This document shows, one piece after another, positions 50,273 through 52,440 of a stretch of DNA of 52,440 nucleotides. How positions within the stretch are numbered: position 1 is the stretch's first letter; each line of letters begins with the position of its first letter. The stretch is from Octopus bimaculoides (taxonomy: Eukaryota): NCBI RefSeq assembly GCF_001194135.2, contig NC_068991.1:11752317-11804756 (forward strand). The letters run 5' to 3'. The translations under genes were made by a program, and so were the position numbers. Under the pieces are notes generated by a model, which worked only from the letters and a program-made list of their open reading frames with translations, did no database searches and was not told the DNA's origin.

Positions 50273-50328
<56 letters not shown>

Positions 50329-51068
50329 CACATCTATGTGAATTTTTATTTTCATATGTATGCATAAATATACACACATAATAAACACACACACGTTTAT
50401 ATATATACATATATATATTGGAATTGTATCTGTACTAATAAATATATACATGTTTGTGTGTGTTGTATGCGTATGTCCAAACATATATATACAACCACTA
50501 ACACCCGCTGTTAAATGTATAAATGTGTGCCACACCTCCTGTGACCTCATTAATTTCAAAGCTAAATTAAGTTTGATGAAAAACCGCTGTACACATTGTC
50601 AGTTTTTAGTAAACATTTTCAAATGAAAATGCAATAATGTTGACATTATTCAATTTGACTGCGAATTTGAGGAAGGCGGAAGGTGTTAGAATGCAACCAT
50701 ATCTGAAGAATTGGAAATGCGCTACAACAAGAACAACAACATCAACAAATGCAACCAGAGGAACAATAGCAGCAGCTGCAACGACGGTGTCAGCCCCAGT
50801 AGCAGCAATGCCTTTACTAATTCCAGTGTTGATGCCTGCATGAATAAGAACGGTAACGCCACTACCTCTAACACCGGTAATAGCAAACAGTGTTAGTACT
50901 ACTATTGCCGACCACGTCATCGACAGCATCGATGCTGGTGCCTATACTAGCGCTTATACGATTAGTAATGATGATGCAAACTGCTATCATCATGACCATC
51001 ATCATGACTGCTAATAAAATGTAACAGCAAAAACATATCAGTAGAAATACCCACCAACAACTACAATA

Positions 51069-51083
51069 TCATCACCATCAATT

Positions 51084-51117
<34 letters not shown>

Positions 51118-51379
51118 GCATCATCATCATCAACAGCATCGTCATCATCATCCTCTTTTATCATCATCACCATCATCATTATCAACAGCAAAACATCATC
51201 ATCTTTGTCATCATTATCATCACTATCGTCGTCATCATCGTCATTATGTAGAAAATCATCATCATCATCATTTTCCATCATCATCATCATCACCATCTTC
51301 AACAGCAAGACATCATCTTTATCATCATGAACATCATCATCATCATCTCACTGACCTCGTCGTCATCATCGTCGTCGTT

Positions 51380-51410
<31 letters not shown>

Positions 51411-51412
51411 CC

Positions 51413-51473
<61 letters not shown>

Positions 51474-51490
51474 ACAGCATCATCATCAAC
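51069..51490. repeat. (CAT)n-based degenerate triplet array with (CGT)/(CAC) blocks
   Basis: Directly visible; AAC/CAC-rich low complexity continues to about 52040. Confidence 0.93.
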
Positions 51491-52408
51491 AGCATCACAA
51501 GAACCTATCATCTTTAGTATTAGCACCAATACAACAGCAAAAGTAACAATAACAATAAGGACACCAATGTAATGAAGTATCGTAAAACTATCAACGACAT
51601 TAAAACATCAACACCACCACCACCACTAACAGCAACATCAACAACAACAACAATAGAATCAGCAACAACAGTAACACCAACGTCAAGAACAACAGGAAAA
51701 CTGTCATCAACACACCACCTCCACAACACCGCCGCCACTTATAGTAAGTAACATCGTCAACAGCAACAGTTATTATTATAATCATCAACATTATCACCAC
51801 TAGCTACAACATGAAGCATATCATTTAACAACATAATCAACACCATCAACTACTACATCCTCGTCCACCACCACGCCGCCAAACTGCAAAAAGCAACCAC
51901 AACAACAACAACAACGAGAACACTAGCAGCGCCAACAACGGCTACTTGTTCTCGAACGACATAACTATCGACGTCAATTGGATCAAAGGTGTAGAGGACA
52001 TCGTGAGCCGTAATAACAACAACGACGACGACAATAACACCAGCAGAAATAAAGTTTGTTGTGAACCGCCACAATAAACACACACACACACACACACACA
52101 CATACACAGATACAGAGTAATATCGACAACATAAATATGAAACACAGTAATAACTTTGGTAATAATGATAAAGTAAAGGAGAGGAAAGACGACTACATTG
52201 GCTCAGAAAACCAATAGGGACTGATGGAAATTCTAAAATGACTGCCTAGTTTAGTTTTCAAATTTAATCACACACTTGTTGTAAATCTTGTTATATTGAA
52301 GGATGTAATTTGATCACACACTATATGTGTGCATGTGTGGGCGTATGTGTGTGTGTGCGCGAGTGTGTGATGAAAGAAAGATGGCGGCTTTGAAGAGGGA
52401 ATGGTACA

Positions 52409-52440
<32 letters not shown>

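Overview
AT-rich eukaryotic genomic DNA, not prokaryotic. The extreme microsatellite load and the SINE families suggest an octopus or other coleoid cephalopod (inference). About 7.3 kb (~14%) is N-gap, and all 12 large gaps abut (TA)n tracts, so nearly every long ORF in the supplied track is a gap or microsatellite artefact. No complete gene can be named with confidence. Well-supported content is mobile DNA: more than 25 copies of three tRNA-derived SINE families, a mariner transposase 3' fragment, a mariner deletion derivative, the 3' end of an R4/Dong-type LINE ending in (TAA)n, an RTE LINE fragment, a decayed Penelope RT, a Penelope terminal relic with a broken hammerhead motif, a Tc1-like end, a tRNA-Ile(AAT) pseudogene and a 387-bp near-perfect palindrome. 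Best leads for host function, all unverified: (1) a TATA(-30)/Inr/ATG|GTAAGT first exon at 48.1 kb (+); (2) a CCAAT-preceded candidate start exon at 27.8 kb (-); (3) a Cys-containing candidate exon at 37.5-37.85 kb (-); (4) a 236-codon polyQ/polyAsp candidate terminal exon at 5.9-6.6 kb (-) with a disabled tandem paralogue 2.38 kb away. I found no previously undescribed system that I can demonstrate from sequence alone.
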